Source of the DNA: Octopus vulgaris
Lineage: Eukaryota
NCBI GenBank assembly: GCA_951406725.2
Contig: OX597817.1
Span: forward strand, 18,476,001-18,540,000
Length of the DNA: 64,000 bases
Reading direction: 5' to 3'
In this document: positions 43,624-55,639 of the stretch, piece by piece
Layout of the letters: the number at the start of each line of letters is the position of its first letter
Numbering within the stretch: the stretch's first letter is position 1
The notes under the pieces: generated by a model
Told to the model about the DNA's origin: nothing
Databases searched by the model: none
Seen by the model: only the letters and a program-made list of their open reading frames with translations
Made by a program: the position numbers and the translations under genes

Positions 43624-44334
43624 GAATATGAACAAGAAGGGTAGTAATATTATTTACTACCAGGTGCCCAGCACAAAAGACGAATTAGTCATAAGACAAA
43701 AATATTATTCATATAGAAAAATATTATTCATGTAGTTATACAATTAAGGGCTCCTAAATTAAGATGCCGAGTGCTGGGAACACAAAAAGGGGATGAACTT
43801 ATCGAGAGTGAAAAACAAAAACGTTTACCGATAACTTTAACTCGAACCGCGGTTTCTGCTTCTTTCTAGCAAAACACAAGATATGTTTGCTAAGGCTAGC
43901 TTCATCAGCGAGTCGCCTTAATTTAATCGAGGTCTGCAGCGATGTGAGACCATGTGTTGATCTCGAACTACTAGCAGATCTTAACTTTTCAAATCTCTGC
44001 GCAGACGCAAAATTTATACGGCAGTATAGGGCATACCGGGAAGAATTTTACGAATAAATTCATCATGTAATATGCGAATATGAACAAGAAGGGTAGTAAT
44101 ATTATTTACTACCAGGTGCCCAACACAAAAGACGAATTAGTCATAAGACAAAAATATTATTCATATAGAAAAATATTATTCATGTAGTTATACAATTAAG
44201 GGCTCCTAAATTAAGATGCCGAGTGCTGGGAACACAAAAAGGGGATGAACTTATCGAGAGTGAAAAACAAAAACGTTTACCGATAACTTTTTGTGTTCCC
44301 AGCACTCGGCATCTTAATTTAGGAGCCCTTAATT
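43623..44334 (-). mobile_element. Non-coding 452-bp unit, 1.5 tandem copies plus inverted end, with hammerhead (retrozyme-like or PLE pLTR)
   Basis: 216-bp direct repeats 43623-43838 and 44075-44290, 47-bp inverted repeat 44194-44240/44288-44334, (TA)n on both sides. Confidence 0.85.
43840..43913 (-). ncRNA. Type-I hammerhead ribozyme with canonical core
   Basis: actcg-CTGATGA-aGCT...[tagcaaaca/tgttttgcta hairpin]...AGCa-GAAAC-cgcg-GTT-cgagt. Stem III is the palindrome ACCGCGGT. Confidence 0.8.
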
Positions 44335-44365
44335 TATATATATATATATATATATATATATGTAA

Positions 44366-44564
44366 AGTTAATCCAAACAAGAAAGCACAAAAAAACACAA
44401 CAACGCGAGGACGTGGAACAAATATAGTATTGTTGGACACCCAGGAAAGAAGGAAAGAAGGAGGGTTTAACGTTTCGAGCGGAGCTCTTCGTCGGAAACA
44501 TAGGAGAGGGAAAGATCCAGAGAAGGGAAGACAGAGGGAAAAAAATCGCCAACGGTACACACGA

Positions 44565-44565
<1 letters not shown>
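44366..44565 (-). mobile_element. Short PLE-terminal repeat with hammerhead (44465-44499)
   Basis: gttt-CCGACGA-a-GAGC tcc GCTC-GAAAC-GTT-aaac. Flanked by (TA)n. Confidence 0.8.
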
Positions 44566-44620
<55 letters not shown>

Positions 44621-44787
44621 GTAATACTTTTCTCGATGGATTAAGTGATCGTTTCTCTTTTTGTCTTCTACAATTTTATTATGGATCCTCTATATATATG
44701 AAGAATTTCTCTCAGCCTGGCTGTTTCTCTCTCTACAAAACGAAATTTTGCATTATGGAACTGTCATTTTAACGAGATTTTTTATTT

Positions 44788-44889
44788 ATTACCCGACGAT
44801 GCATCTGCACCACCGGATACTCCTGTACCAGTTTTTCTGAGCCCCACAAGAGGAGTCGATGCTAGATGTGTCGAAACAATTGTTGTGAT
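44788..44889 (+). ncRNA. Type-I hammerhead motif (core CCGACGA, extended stem II)
   Basis: attac-CCGACGA-tgcatct...agatgtgtc-GAAAC-aatt-GTT-gtgat. Confidence 0.7.
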
Positions 44890-45329
44890 TAATAATATAT
44901 TCTCGTATATTCCATCTTCTGTCTATCATTTGTTATTTACACACGCACGCATACACACACACACAAACACACACACATGTATGTATGTATAAGAGTATTG
45001 TTTGGTGCGCAAGCAGGTTTGGATTTCCTGTCATGGTAAATTAACTCAAATTTTGGAGCTAGCATAACTGAAGATATTATGGATGATACACTATAATTAC
45101 AGAAATTTCTAAATTTGTGTTCTGTATCATCGAAAAAAGAATGGAAGTTGTCGGCTGCTTGTTCACATGAGAGATACGGTCTGAAAGTTTAAAGCTTTTG
45201 TAAGCTTTCTCTGAATTCCGTTTAGAATGGCTTTTCCATATAGTGAAAGCTTTCTGTGAATTCCGTTTAGAATGGCTTTTCCTTACACAGGCATAGATAA
45301 GTTAGTGACAGTATATCTAATATTGCTTT

Positions 45330-45738
45330 CAAATTTTGGCGCAAGGCCAGCAAGTTCGGGGCAGGAGTTAAGTCGACCTTCAGCGCTCCAGATGGGATGA
45401 AAAGCAACGTCGGCCACATCGGAATTTGAACTCAGAACGTGAAGACGGATATAATACCGCTAACGATTATGCCCGGCGTGCAAAACGATTCTGCCAGCTC
45501 GCCGCCTTAGAATATTTAATATTCTTTTCTACTCTTGGCACAAGACTCGAAACTTTGGTGGGAGGCGGCCAGTCGATTTGATCGACTCCAGTGCGCAACT
45601 GGTACTTAATTTATCGACTCCGAAAGGATGAAAGGTAAAGTCGACCTCGGCGGAATTTGAACTCAGAACTTCAAGACAGACGAAACACTGTTCAGCGTTT
45701 CGCCCGGCGTGCTAATGTTTCTGCCAGCTCGCCGCCTT
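45330..45738 (-). mobile_element. Two adjacent SINE-B-related copies
   Basis: Two ctgccagctcgccgcc heads (ending ~45507 and ~45737) with a variant 3' body. Confidence 0.8.
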
Positions 45739-46604
45739 TATAGCATATTGAATATTAAATGAATAAACATCGTGTTTATTAATCGGTAGAAAGCCATTTG
45801 CTTTGCCAATTGTTTTAGCTTCCCATGTTGTTGGAAACAGACGTAAATACATTCTCAGCGCTCCTACGATTGATCCTGCGTAACATCGAAGATGCTCCAG
45901 CTGGTGGGAAACAGGGCTTCACCAATATTCGGATTCGGATGTTACTAATTTTTAGCTAAGCAGACTGGGGTAACGTGTCATTAAGTACCTTGCTCGAGAA
46001 CTCTGGGCATCACTCGGTCCAGAAATAGAACCATTTTCCTTGTGATCGAAAGTCCAACATCTAAGCCCTAATCTACGCGCCTTAAGCTAAAGTTAAATGC
46101 AATGTTTTCTTAACCTTCCTACATAAGTATTTCTATTTTCTATCGTTAAACCCATAATTAGAAATACTTATCTGATGAGAAAAAGGAAACGATATCTCAA
46201 TTTCTCTTACTGTTTTAAACGTTGCAGCAAGTACAGAGGACAATACGGAGCATGTTTTGTCTTTATTTGACCTCATCAGAGAAATGTATTGTTCATGTAG
46301 TTGCAGAATGGTGATGACAGAACCACAAATAGACGTACAAGATCACATACAAGTAAGTGTGAAAAATTACTGTATGAAACAATAAAACAAAACAGAGCAA
46401 ACAAATCACTAAGTTTTATTATCTATGGACGCCATCCGCCTAAATAAGAATAGTTATGACCGAATTATGTTAATGGTTGTCTACTTTACTTACCGAAATA
46501 ACTAAAATATTATTAATCATGGAAGTTATGTGGTTTTGTCTGTACTGTATGAGTATTCTCTTTACAACATTAAATATATTAATGATAATTCAGCTTTATA
46601 ATTT

Positions 46605-46800
46605 TCACGCGACCGGCATCACCATGTAACTAACTTGGGAGATATTATTTTTACTAAAGTCCCTTTGTGAATTTTTTACACTTGCTTGTTGCCAACCTCG
46701 ACTATCGACAATTTCTATGGAGTCTATTGCTTCACGTTGCAAGTCTTTTGCCATTAGTTCAGCTATTTTACATGACTTATTCATACTCTCTCTCCTTCTA
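46605..46800 (-). CDS. Putative exon 5 of unannotated secreted-protein gene
   Basis: Acceptor ctctactaatagttattag (NAGNAG), phase 2. RRESMNKSCKIAELMAKDLQREAIDSIEIVDSRGWQQ..., ending at donor gttagt (exon end 46635) or running to the stop at 46605. Confidence 0.4.
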
Positions 46801-47467
46801 CTAATAACTATTAGTAGAGGGAGAGAGAGAAAGAGAGAGAGAGAGGAGGGAAGAGAAAGAAGGAGAGATAGAGATAGAGATAGAGATAGCAAGAGCGAGA
46901 GATAGGGTGGGGAGAAAGAGTCTCTTCGCCTCAGTAAGGCTAACTATCTTCAGTATTCCATATGATCTGATGTTTAACACTTTTATATCTCATTTTAAAA
47001 ACATATGTTGTTATTTTGTATATCCACAACCGTAATTCTAAGCTGTTGAAATATGTTGGCATTTAAAATGTAAAGTATTTGTTAGATACCTCTCTTCCTG
47101 ATATCAATTGCATCTTGTTTTTCATGCTAGAACTGCCTTCTGTATTGTGAGTTAGCAAAAGAGTTATATATTTCACAGTGCTTCCATCACTATCTTGATA
47201 TCTCTTTCATTATTATCATATTTGGGATACGTTTAAGACATAAAACCAAAAGCCTGAAATTATATTGATTTTCAAGATTGAAACATGTAGTTGTTTTGTA
47301 AAGATGGGGGCCATTTCTGTAGCAGTAAAATTTTAGCGTTTATAAAATTACTTTATACACATTCCTACTTATACAAAACATTAAAGACTTCCATTGAGAA
47401 AGCCATTTCATCGTTTCATATTAATATTCAAAGTTCTTTTCTACAGCAAGCTGCTACAATAACTTAC

Positions 47468-47495
47468 TTGAATACAACGTTGTAATCAGACAGAT
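47468..47495 (-). CDS. Putative 28-nt exon 4
   Basis: gtttttcctag|ATCTGTCTGATTACAACGTTGTATTCAA|gtaagt. Phase 1 in, phase 2 out. Confidence 0.4.
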
Positions 47496-48044
47496 CTAGG
47501 AAAAACATGTAGATGGAATAGTATTTCGGATAGTTTAGAGTCGATAAAAACAGAAATGTTTCTTAAATGATCACTTAGATATTTCTAAGAAAGAAAATAA
47601 AAACGAAATGGACATTTCTATGGAAAAAAGTATTAAGTGATGTTATCATTCGATAGAGAAAGAAAGCTAGAAAAATCCCCCCAAACACTACATATATAAT
47701 TTTTACTAGAATAGAAATTTTCCTCAACTGTGCTGTCACTGAAGTAGAAAAATAAATAACTAAAATGAATCTGAAATAACACAAAGAGATAATAACAATA
47801 AAGATATAAATAAAACATAGTGATATTTAAAAAGAAATACACAAAGACAGAAAACTTTAAGATGTACAGACAAGAAGAAGATGGCGGTGCATATGATGTG
47901 TTACCAAGTGACTAACGAGATATTTTTCGACAAAATGTTTAAATCAAATAAATTGTATACAAAAACAATTTAATATAAGTAAAACTGTTTTCAATAATAA
48001 TGATGATAACAACAGCAACAACGACCACCACGACCACGATGATG

Positions 48045-48112
<68 letters not shown>

Positions 48113-48339
48113 GATCATGATTATAATAACGACGACACCAACAACAATAATAATGGTTTTTCATTTAAGCCAACAGATTTAAGTGGAGGATATAAGTCAA
48201 TAACTTCGACTTAGGTATATATTTGAATGTTAGCCATATTTTATTGACCCCTGAGCAAGGCAAATTTGAATGAACCAGGGTTTATGCCGCCAACAATGTA
48301 CTTGCCTGTCACTTTTGTATTGTACTATCAAATAAATCT

Positions 48340-49340
48340 TGTATGAGGTTCGCCGCCGAGTACTGCTCGGCGAGAATGGAAATAAATGTGCGAAGACTGA
48401 GACCCTCGATCTCTCAAAGAAACCTTTACAATGCATTCCATGTATGAGTGGTGATCCACTGAAGGAAGTGGAGAAGTTCAAGTATATCAAGGCAGGAGGC
48501 TGAGTGAGGTGCAACAGTTGCAGAAGCTGGTGCTGTAATGTGTATTCGGTCACCAGAAGAAAAGGATGGGTGGGTGTAAAAGCTAAACTCGCTTTCTTCA
48601 ATTCGGTGTTTGTGCTCGCCCTTATCCATGGTCATGAATCTTGGATGATGACCGAAAGAATACGGTCGCAAATACAAGCGGCCGAGATGGGTTTAGTGTC
48701 GAAAAAAAAAAAAAACAGATATGTTTCTTAAATGATCGCTTAGATATTTCTAAGAAAAAAAAAGGAAATGAACACTTCAACGGAAAAAAATATTAAGTGT
48801 TGTTATCATTCGATAGAGAAAGAGAATTAGTAAAATAAAAAGAACCCCACTAAACACTACATATATAATTTTCACTAGAACAGAAATTTTCCTCAACTGT
48901 GCTGTCACTGAAGTAGAAAAATGAATAACTAAAATGAATTCGAAATGGGGTTCTTCGGAAGGGTTGTTCATGTTGCTTTACTTGTTGTTATAAATAACGA
49001 TAATTGACTGAGTGCCCATCTCGGAAGTTTAGTGAGGTGCTCCAAGTAGAGTCTCTACTTCACCGAATAAAGAGATCACAGCTCCGATATCACGAACATG
49101 TAGTAAGAATGTCTCGGCAAAGAATCGTTGGACATGTTTTACGGGCAAACTCAACCGTCAGGAGACCCTGGGGGAGACCACGAGCAAGATGGTTAGAAAA
49201 CATCAATGAACTCGGTTGGCATCGCTTGAGCATAATGTCGGTCAACTGGGGACTTTTGATTTCGACAGAACATTATAAAAGTTGTACTTGAAGACTCTGA
49301 CCCCCACTCCCTCGCATATATAAGAGGGTGAAGAAGATGA
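48340..49340 (+). mobile_element. RTE-clade LINE 3' relic, interrupted at 48692-48940
   Basis: LKEVEKFKYI, LIHGHESWMMTERIRSQIQAAEMG, SQLRY..HVVRM and RRPWGRPRARW. Confidence 0.85.
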
Positions 49341-50729
49341 ACAGGTATGTAGCCTTCTAAATCACCTCATCATGATCCGTGTTGAAAATTAGGCAAATAC
49401 TGCTATATATTTTCTTGCAGTTGATGTCTTTTAAAACATCGAGTATGACTTCCTGTAACTATTCTGTTGAAAGAATATGTTTTTGCAAAAAAAGAGGTAT
49501 ATTAATTTCTTTGTTGGCACCCTTGTATGAATTGCTCGGTAAAGGTGATATTGTCTATCATTGCAGTTATCTTTAGTCATCTGTTGTGTCTCTGCCTTTG
49601 GAAAAGTTATAAGAGAATATTTCCATTAAATACAAGTGCAGTGAATTCATTTATTCTACGGAATCAGACCAATGACGTCCGTTCAGCATATAACAACAGA
49701 TAAAGCAACTTGAACAACAATGACAACGACATTACCACCACCACCACTACCACCACCACCACTCCACCACCACCACCACCACCACCTGCAACAAAAAAAA
49801 TATTTCTTTCAAAGTTTGACACAAAACCAGCAATATCGAGGCGAGTAGTCAAGTCAATTACACCGATCCCCAGTGATTGACTGGCACTTTATTTTATCGA
49901 CCTCGAAAGGATGAAAACTAAAATTGACTTCGACAGAAGAATGATGGTGATGATGATGACAACTGCAACAATTATTATAGTTTCTGATTTAAGCATCAGA
50001 TAAGCAATTTTGAATTGGATCTTAGTCGAAACTATCGACCTCAGTACTTCACTGATACTTTTCTTGATTGCAAAAAGCGGAAACAAATATCCCAAGACCT
50101 TTTTTCCGACGCTCTAATGACTCTGTTAGCAATCATAATAAGAATAATGAACTCTTGCAAGTCAGACGTGCATGACATTTTTTCCACTTAAAGTTACAAA
50201 AAGATCTTTCAAAAGAAATATGCTTTATATTTTGCCACATGGATTCTGCAATAAGATAAATACAGTGTTCATCAGTAATATATACATAATGGGTAGCTGG
50301 TTGTCTTCTCAAAAGTTTTTATAACAAAGGAGAATAGAATGACAACATTATTAACTATTCAGCGACAATGAAACAACAGACGAAGGAAAGATTTTTACGT
50401 TGTCTGATGCACTTCAAGACATATAAATAATTCTTCAACACTGACCAAAGAAATTAAAAGATCAAGTCTGTAAATTGAGAGTGTTAGAGTTTCTTAAGTA
50501 GAGTCGTAAATAGGAAACTAACGACAGTGATGTTAATAATGATAATGATAGAATTAATAATGCTAATAAAATTAAGCTTCTCACTAATGTTAACAATGAC
50601 GCTTTTAGTATTGCTAATATGGCCAGCAACAGACATGGAGATATTTGCCGTATTTCATCAATTGCAAGACATATAACTTGTGCTATGAATAGAAACCAGT
50701 CAAATTATGTTAAAAATGAAGACCAAGTG

Positions 50730-50964
50730 AAGGTGGCAAGCTGGCAGAAACGTTAGCACGTCAGGCAAAATACGTAGCGGTATTTCGTCTGTCTTTATGT
50801 TCTGAGCTCAAATTCCGCCGAGGTCGACTTTGCCTTTCATCCTTTCGGGGTCGTTAAATTAAGTTTCAGTTACCCACTGGAGTCGATGTAAACGGCTTAA
50901 TCCCTCTGTCTGTCCTTGCTTGTCCCCTCTATGTTTAGTCCCTTGTGGGTAATAAAGAAATAAG
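50730..50964 (+). mobile_element. SINE family B with 15-bp TSD
   Basis: TSD aatgaagaccaagtg at 50715-50729 and 50965-50979. Confidence 0.92.
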
Positions 50965-51258
50965 AATGAAGACCAAGTGGCAATACATGTTAATCTGGTT
51001 TCAGATTTCTTAGTGCTCCTCTACTTATTTAACAGCATTAGTGACATGGGGGGGGGGTGTTTGTAATTCAATGAAACCTATTAGAATACAAAAAATAGTA
51101 AGGAAATTCGTTACAAAATCACATTGTTTTTATTTTTCTCGCTGATATAGGCCGGCGAAATATGTGTTTAGTGTTTATATTGCCCCTCACCCCAATACCA
51201 CCATTATCACGCGCACTTATGTATATATAATTACACAATAAAATTTCGTACAGCTTAC

Positions 51259-51477
51259 GTGAATCAACTTCTCGCATGCTCTTGATCAGTTCATTATTAT
51301 AATAGAAGAAACGTAATGCAAAATACTGCGCAGGTAATATATCCGGAAACCAACCCATTTTAGGCACCCAAATATCAAGAGCGTGTAACAAACCATGATT
51401 CAGCTGGGGTAATTCTTTTAGATATGTTCAGAAAGGCCTCCTTTTGAATTGAAGCATAGATTTTTGGAGACCACAAG
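51259..51477 (-). CDS. Putative exon 3 (219 nt) with in-frame TGA at 51430-51428
   Basis: ctttgttcctgcatag|...GATTCAC|gtaagc. Phase-1 frame CGLQKSMLQFKRRPF*TYLKELPQLNHGLLHALDIWVPKMGWFPDILPAQYFALRFFYYNNELIKSMREVDS. Confidence 0.4.
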
Positions 51478-51626
51478 CTATGCAGGAACAAAGATTATAT
51501 ATATAAGATTTAAATACCAGGTGATATACAGGGGGTAAATCATATCCAGCATGCTTGCATACTCACGACAATAGAAAGTCTTAATGTTACATTACTAAAT
51601 ACAGAAGTGATTAACATACAACTGAC

Positions 51627-51693
51627 TTGCATAGCATAGATACTTGGCGTAGCGAAGCGTGTATAATGACCCAAAGGTTGTAGATAATTCTTG
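51627..51693 (-). CDS. Putative exon 2
   Basis: tgtttttcag|QELSTTFGSLYTLRYAKYLCYA+A|gtcagt. An alternative donor gtatgt would end the exon at 51620. Confidence 0.4.
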
Positions 51694-53978
51694 CTGAAAA
51701 ACATTGGCATTGAAACATACCGTTTGATGCAGTACAAAATAAAGAAGGAATAACGTCGATTGCAAGCACTCGAATGCTTTAACAAATATGCGCTTTAAAG
51801 TGTTAGACATTTATAATATTAGAGAAAGAAAGCATATCGTCCCCTATTGTTTTATCTCACAAGAATATTTGCTACATGCTCCTCTTGAGATTAACAAAAC
51901 GAAAAAGAAAAAAAAAACAGTAAATCAATTTTATTCACAGCAAAATTCTCACAAGAAATTGGATTTGATTTAGAACAATGGGAAACATTCTAAACGTAAG
52001 GCGAAAAGGAACAAACGGATGACAAATTATTCATCCAAAGTGAAAAGAACCATAAAGTTATTCTTTAATATGCTCAATAATTCTGCGAACTGTATTGCCA
52101 TAGATACAAAAAAATCACTCTCTATCTTGAGTGAATACATGAAACCTAAAAGGGGAAACAAAAGTAAGAATATACGTGTTGGTGGAACTCGTCATCAACT
52201 GTAGGTATGAAAGAAATATCAATAACTTGTATAATATCAATATTAGCAAAAATTGCCTCCGTGGGTTATTTTCTCAAAAGTTATATCATAATGTCATGCA
52301 GTATCTCCAACTACGGAGTAAAGTACACACAATTAACACAGTTTCACCTGCGTCAAGTAAATGCTCTTTAGTGTTTAAGTGAACTTTCAACAGACATTGA
52401 AAATATAAATGACAAAGAAGAATGGAAATTTAGCCGAAAGTCTTATCAGAATAGCACTTAATCAATCTAACATTATTTTTCATAAGAAATACGACAATGC
52501 TGTAATAATTAATTACATAGAGACATAAAATTGACCTAAACAGAAGAGAACAGAAAATTTAAGGAATTATTTGGATCTAGCGGTTGAATTAAAAGCGCAG
52601 GCAATTAGGGAATGTGCTTATTGTACAATCCCTAATTATGTAAATTACACAATTTTAGCGAAACACAACAGTTTCTGTAAAGACTAAATAGTCACTTGGA
52701 TCAGTAAACTGGGTTAATCCATATTTATACAGCATTTACGTATCTTGAACATATTTGTTAAACTCGAGCATATTTATGAAACTTTTCCAGAATATATATA
52801 TAAGTTTTGTTTCGAAAATGGATATTCCCGATCTACGACTTAAACTATGAATAATAAAGATAAAAAATACTTATATATAGATCTAACACACAAGAGAACT
52901 TTAAGAGAGTAGAACGTTCTGTGGATACAAAAATATGAGGTGAAAAAATATATATCAAACAAACTAGGTAATGCATGAAGATTCATAATAGGCAATAGTA
53001 AAATCCCAAAAAGTAAACAAGATAAACCAGTGAGAATACGCTGTGAAAATAATAATAATGAAAGAATGATTATACCAATATGGTAGTTTACCACTGGCAA
53101 ATGAAATCATCACAATAAAAAAGTACACAAAAAATTTCAAAAATGGAGAAAACAGCACAACGTAATGATAAGTCAAACAATGATTGAACCGTGAAAATAC
53201 TATGATACCAGTAAAGAACTCACCACATAAGATAAGAAACAAAGAGTACGTTAGAAAAGAACAAAATCCAAAATGATGACTAAGATCCCAGATGACTAAG
53301 ATTCCCATGGAAACATCCAATCAAATACACAGCCGTAAAATATATACCGTCGATGCCACACATAGCAAAAATCATATCAGATCAACCAGAAGAAATAAGA
53401 GAAACAATATAGAAAATAAAGAAAAGTTAATAAAATCGATAAACACGGATCAATGTAAATCTCTGCTTAAGCTACACACAAACAAGCAACTCCACAAAAT
53501 AATGGATAACTATAACTTAGCCCAGATAGGAATTCTTTCAACGGAAATAAACTAGCCTAATATGGACATAGTGAAAGATTTTATATATTCAACGGCAGTA
53601 TAGAAATATTGAGGGGAAACCGAAACTGATGTTTATAGAACTATTCAGGTGGATCTGATGAAAGGGAAAATGAAAATAAAATATGGAAAAATAAAAGGGA
53701 AGCAGTATCTCTATTTAGCAATATAGAAAAAAGGAGAGATCAAATATGAAACAAGAAGTAAATAAACAGAAGGTGAACAAGAAAGAAAACACCCTTGAGC
53801 AAAGGGCAAGAGAAATGCAGTTGCAAATTCTATTAGCAAAAGTACGGTGGATAAAAAAGTTAAAAAAAGCGTGCACTAATTCCAATGTCAATATACATAC
53901 ATACATACATACATACATACATACATACATACATACATACATACATACATAAATACATATATATATATATATATATAT

Positions 53979-55044
53979 GATTGATTGATTGATTCTAGTT
54001 TCAGCTTATGAGCTGTGGCCATGCTGGGGCACCGCCATTTTCTGTTGCTACTTGGTTTCACTTCATGGAGGCTTTCTAGCAGCTGCTATTTGGTGCATGA
54101 GAGAGTTCGATGCAGCTGCCCTCATCTGCCCCTCCTGCCGTGAAGTTGGTTCATCTGGGACACCTGACAGGAAGAGATCCAGCTTCATTTTAAAGACATC
54201 TGTATCCACCCCATGCAGGTCTCTCAGGTTCTTCGGGAGGATATTGAAGAGCTGTGGGCCTCGGAAGCCCAGGCTATCACAGTATCTTGTCCTACATCTT
54301 GATGGCAGGTTTGGAGTCCTAGGCACCACGCAGTGGCGCCCAGTTCTGGCATTTGCGTAACTCTCGATGCCAAAGTTCAGGACACTTCCCTCCAGGATCT
54401 TCCAGATGTATATTATGGCATATCTTTCCCGCCTACGCTCCAGGGAATATAATTTTAATCTCTTGAGTCTTTCCCAGTAGCTTACATTCTGCATAGAGGC
54501 TATCTTCTTTGTGTAGCTTCGTTGGATCGCCTCAAGTTCTGTGATCAACTTGACACTGGATGGTGACCATAGCTGAGAGCAATAGTCAAAGTGGCTTAGG
54601 ACAAGTGTCTTCCAGAGGACCATCATGGTTTCTTGTTCTCTTGTTCTAAAGGTTCTAAGAATCCATCCAGCCAGCCGTCTACATTTCATTGTCAGTTTAG
54701 CAACATGTACATGAAAGGTCGCGTCATCACTCATGTGAATACCCAGGTCACGCACTGATTGTGCCTCTGGGATTACAATCCCTCCGGGTCCAGTGTATTC
54801 ATTGGGTATTGCATTCAGTTTTGCATGCTGATAGTATAAAGCTTGAAACTTTCCAGCATTGAACTGCATGCTATTCTTTTCAGCCCACTTGTATATTTCG
54901 TCCAGCTCACATTGCAGGTGTTTAGTGTCCTCAGGGTTCTGTATTGCCTGTGAAACTTTTGTATCATCTGCATAACTTGTGATCGTGGCTCTCTGCGTGG
55001 CTGAGGGCATGTCTGAGAGGGCCATTATGAACAGTAGTGGTCCT
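53979..55044 (-). mobile_element. Young 5'-truncated CR1/L2/Jockey-group LINE (RT C-terminal half)
   Basis: Uninterrupted frame GPLLF...YADDTK...DLGI..SD...LYSLERRRER with stop at 54063, short 3' UTR stem-loop and (AATC)n tail. Confidence 0.92.
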
Positions 55045-55064
55045 ATGTATATATATATATAGTT

Positions 55065-55271
55065 AGTTAATCCAAACAAGAAAGCACAAAAAAAACACAA
55101 CAACGCGAGGACGTGGAACAAATATAGTATTATTGGACGCTCAGGAAAGAAGGAAAGAAGGAGGGTTTAACGTTTCGAGCGGAGCTCTTCGTCGGAAACA
55201 TAGGAGAAGGAAAGATCCAGAGAAGGGAAGACAGAGGAAAAAAAATCGCCAACGGTACACACGAGGTCACA
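55065..55271 (-). mobile_element. Short PLE-terminal repeat with hammerhead (55165-55199)
   Basis: Near-identical to 44366-44565. Confidence 0.8.
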
Positions 55272-55326
55272 ACATTAAATCAAATGTAGGGTCTGAAGTT
55301 AGGGAAGTAGACCAGAACAGAACACC

Positions 55327-55369
<43 letters not shown>

Positions 55370-55374
<5 letters not shown>

Positions 55375-55505
55375 TTCTAGCAACGTCATTTACTGCTCTT
55401 CCTGGCCTTCTCTCTACATCGGTCAAACGGGACGCCGCTTGGCTGACCCGTTCGCTGAGTGCCTCTGAGACATTAGACTCGGCAATGACAACCCGGTCTC
55501 GTACC
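55370..55505 (+). mobile_element. Penelope GIY-YIG endonuclease fragment
   Basis: CTSSNVIYC...LYIGQTGRRLADPFAECL*DIRLGNDNPVSR, starting at (TA)n. Confidence 0.85.
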
Positions 55506-55639
55506 ATTATCAAATGCTCAGGAAAGCAAAGAAAGATCGTTTAATGGTTCGAGCAAAGGTCTTCTCCAGAAATAGAGGAAAGTCCAAAAGAAGGGAAGAC
55601 GGAGGAAGAAAATCACTAATGATTCACGTGAGAACAACT

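Noticed and set aside
46165-46200. CTGATGA...GAAAC hammerhead-like string
   Set aside because: No stem II and no convincing stem III. Similar failures at 27193 (minus), 29940-29970 and 53656.
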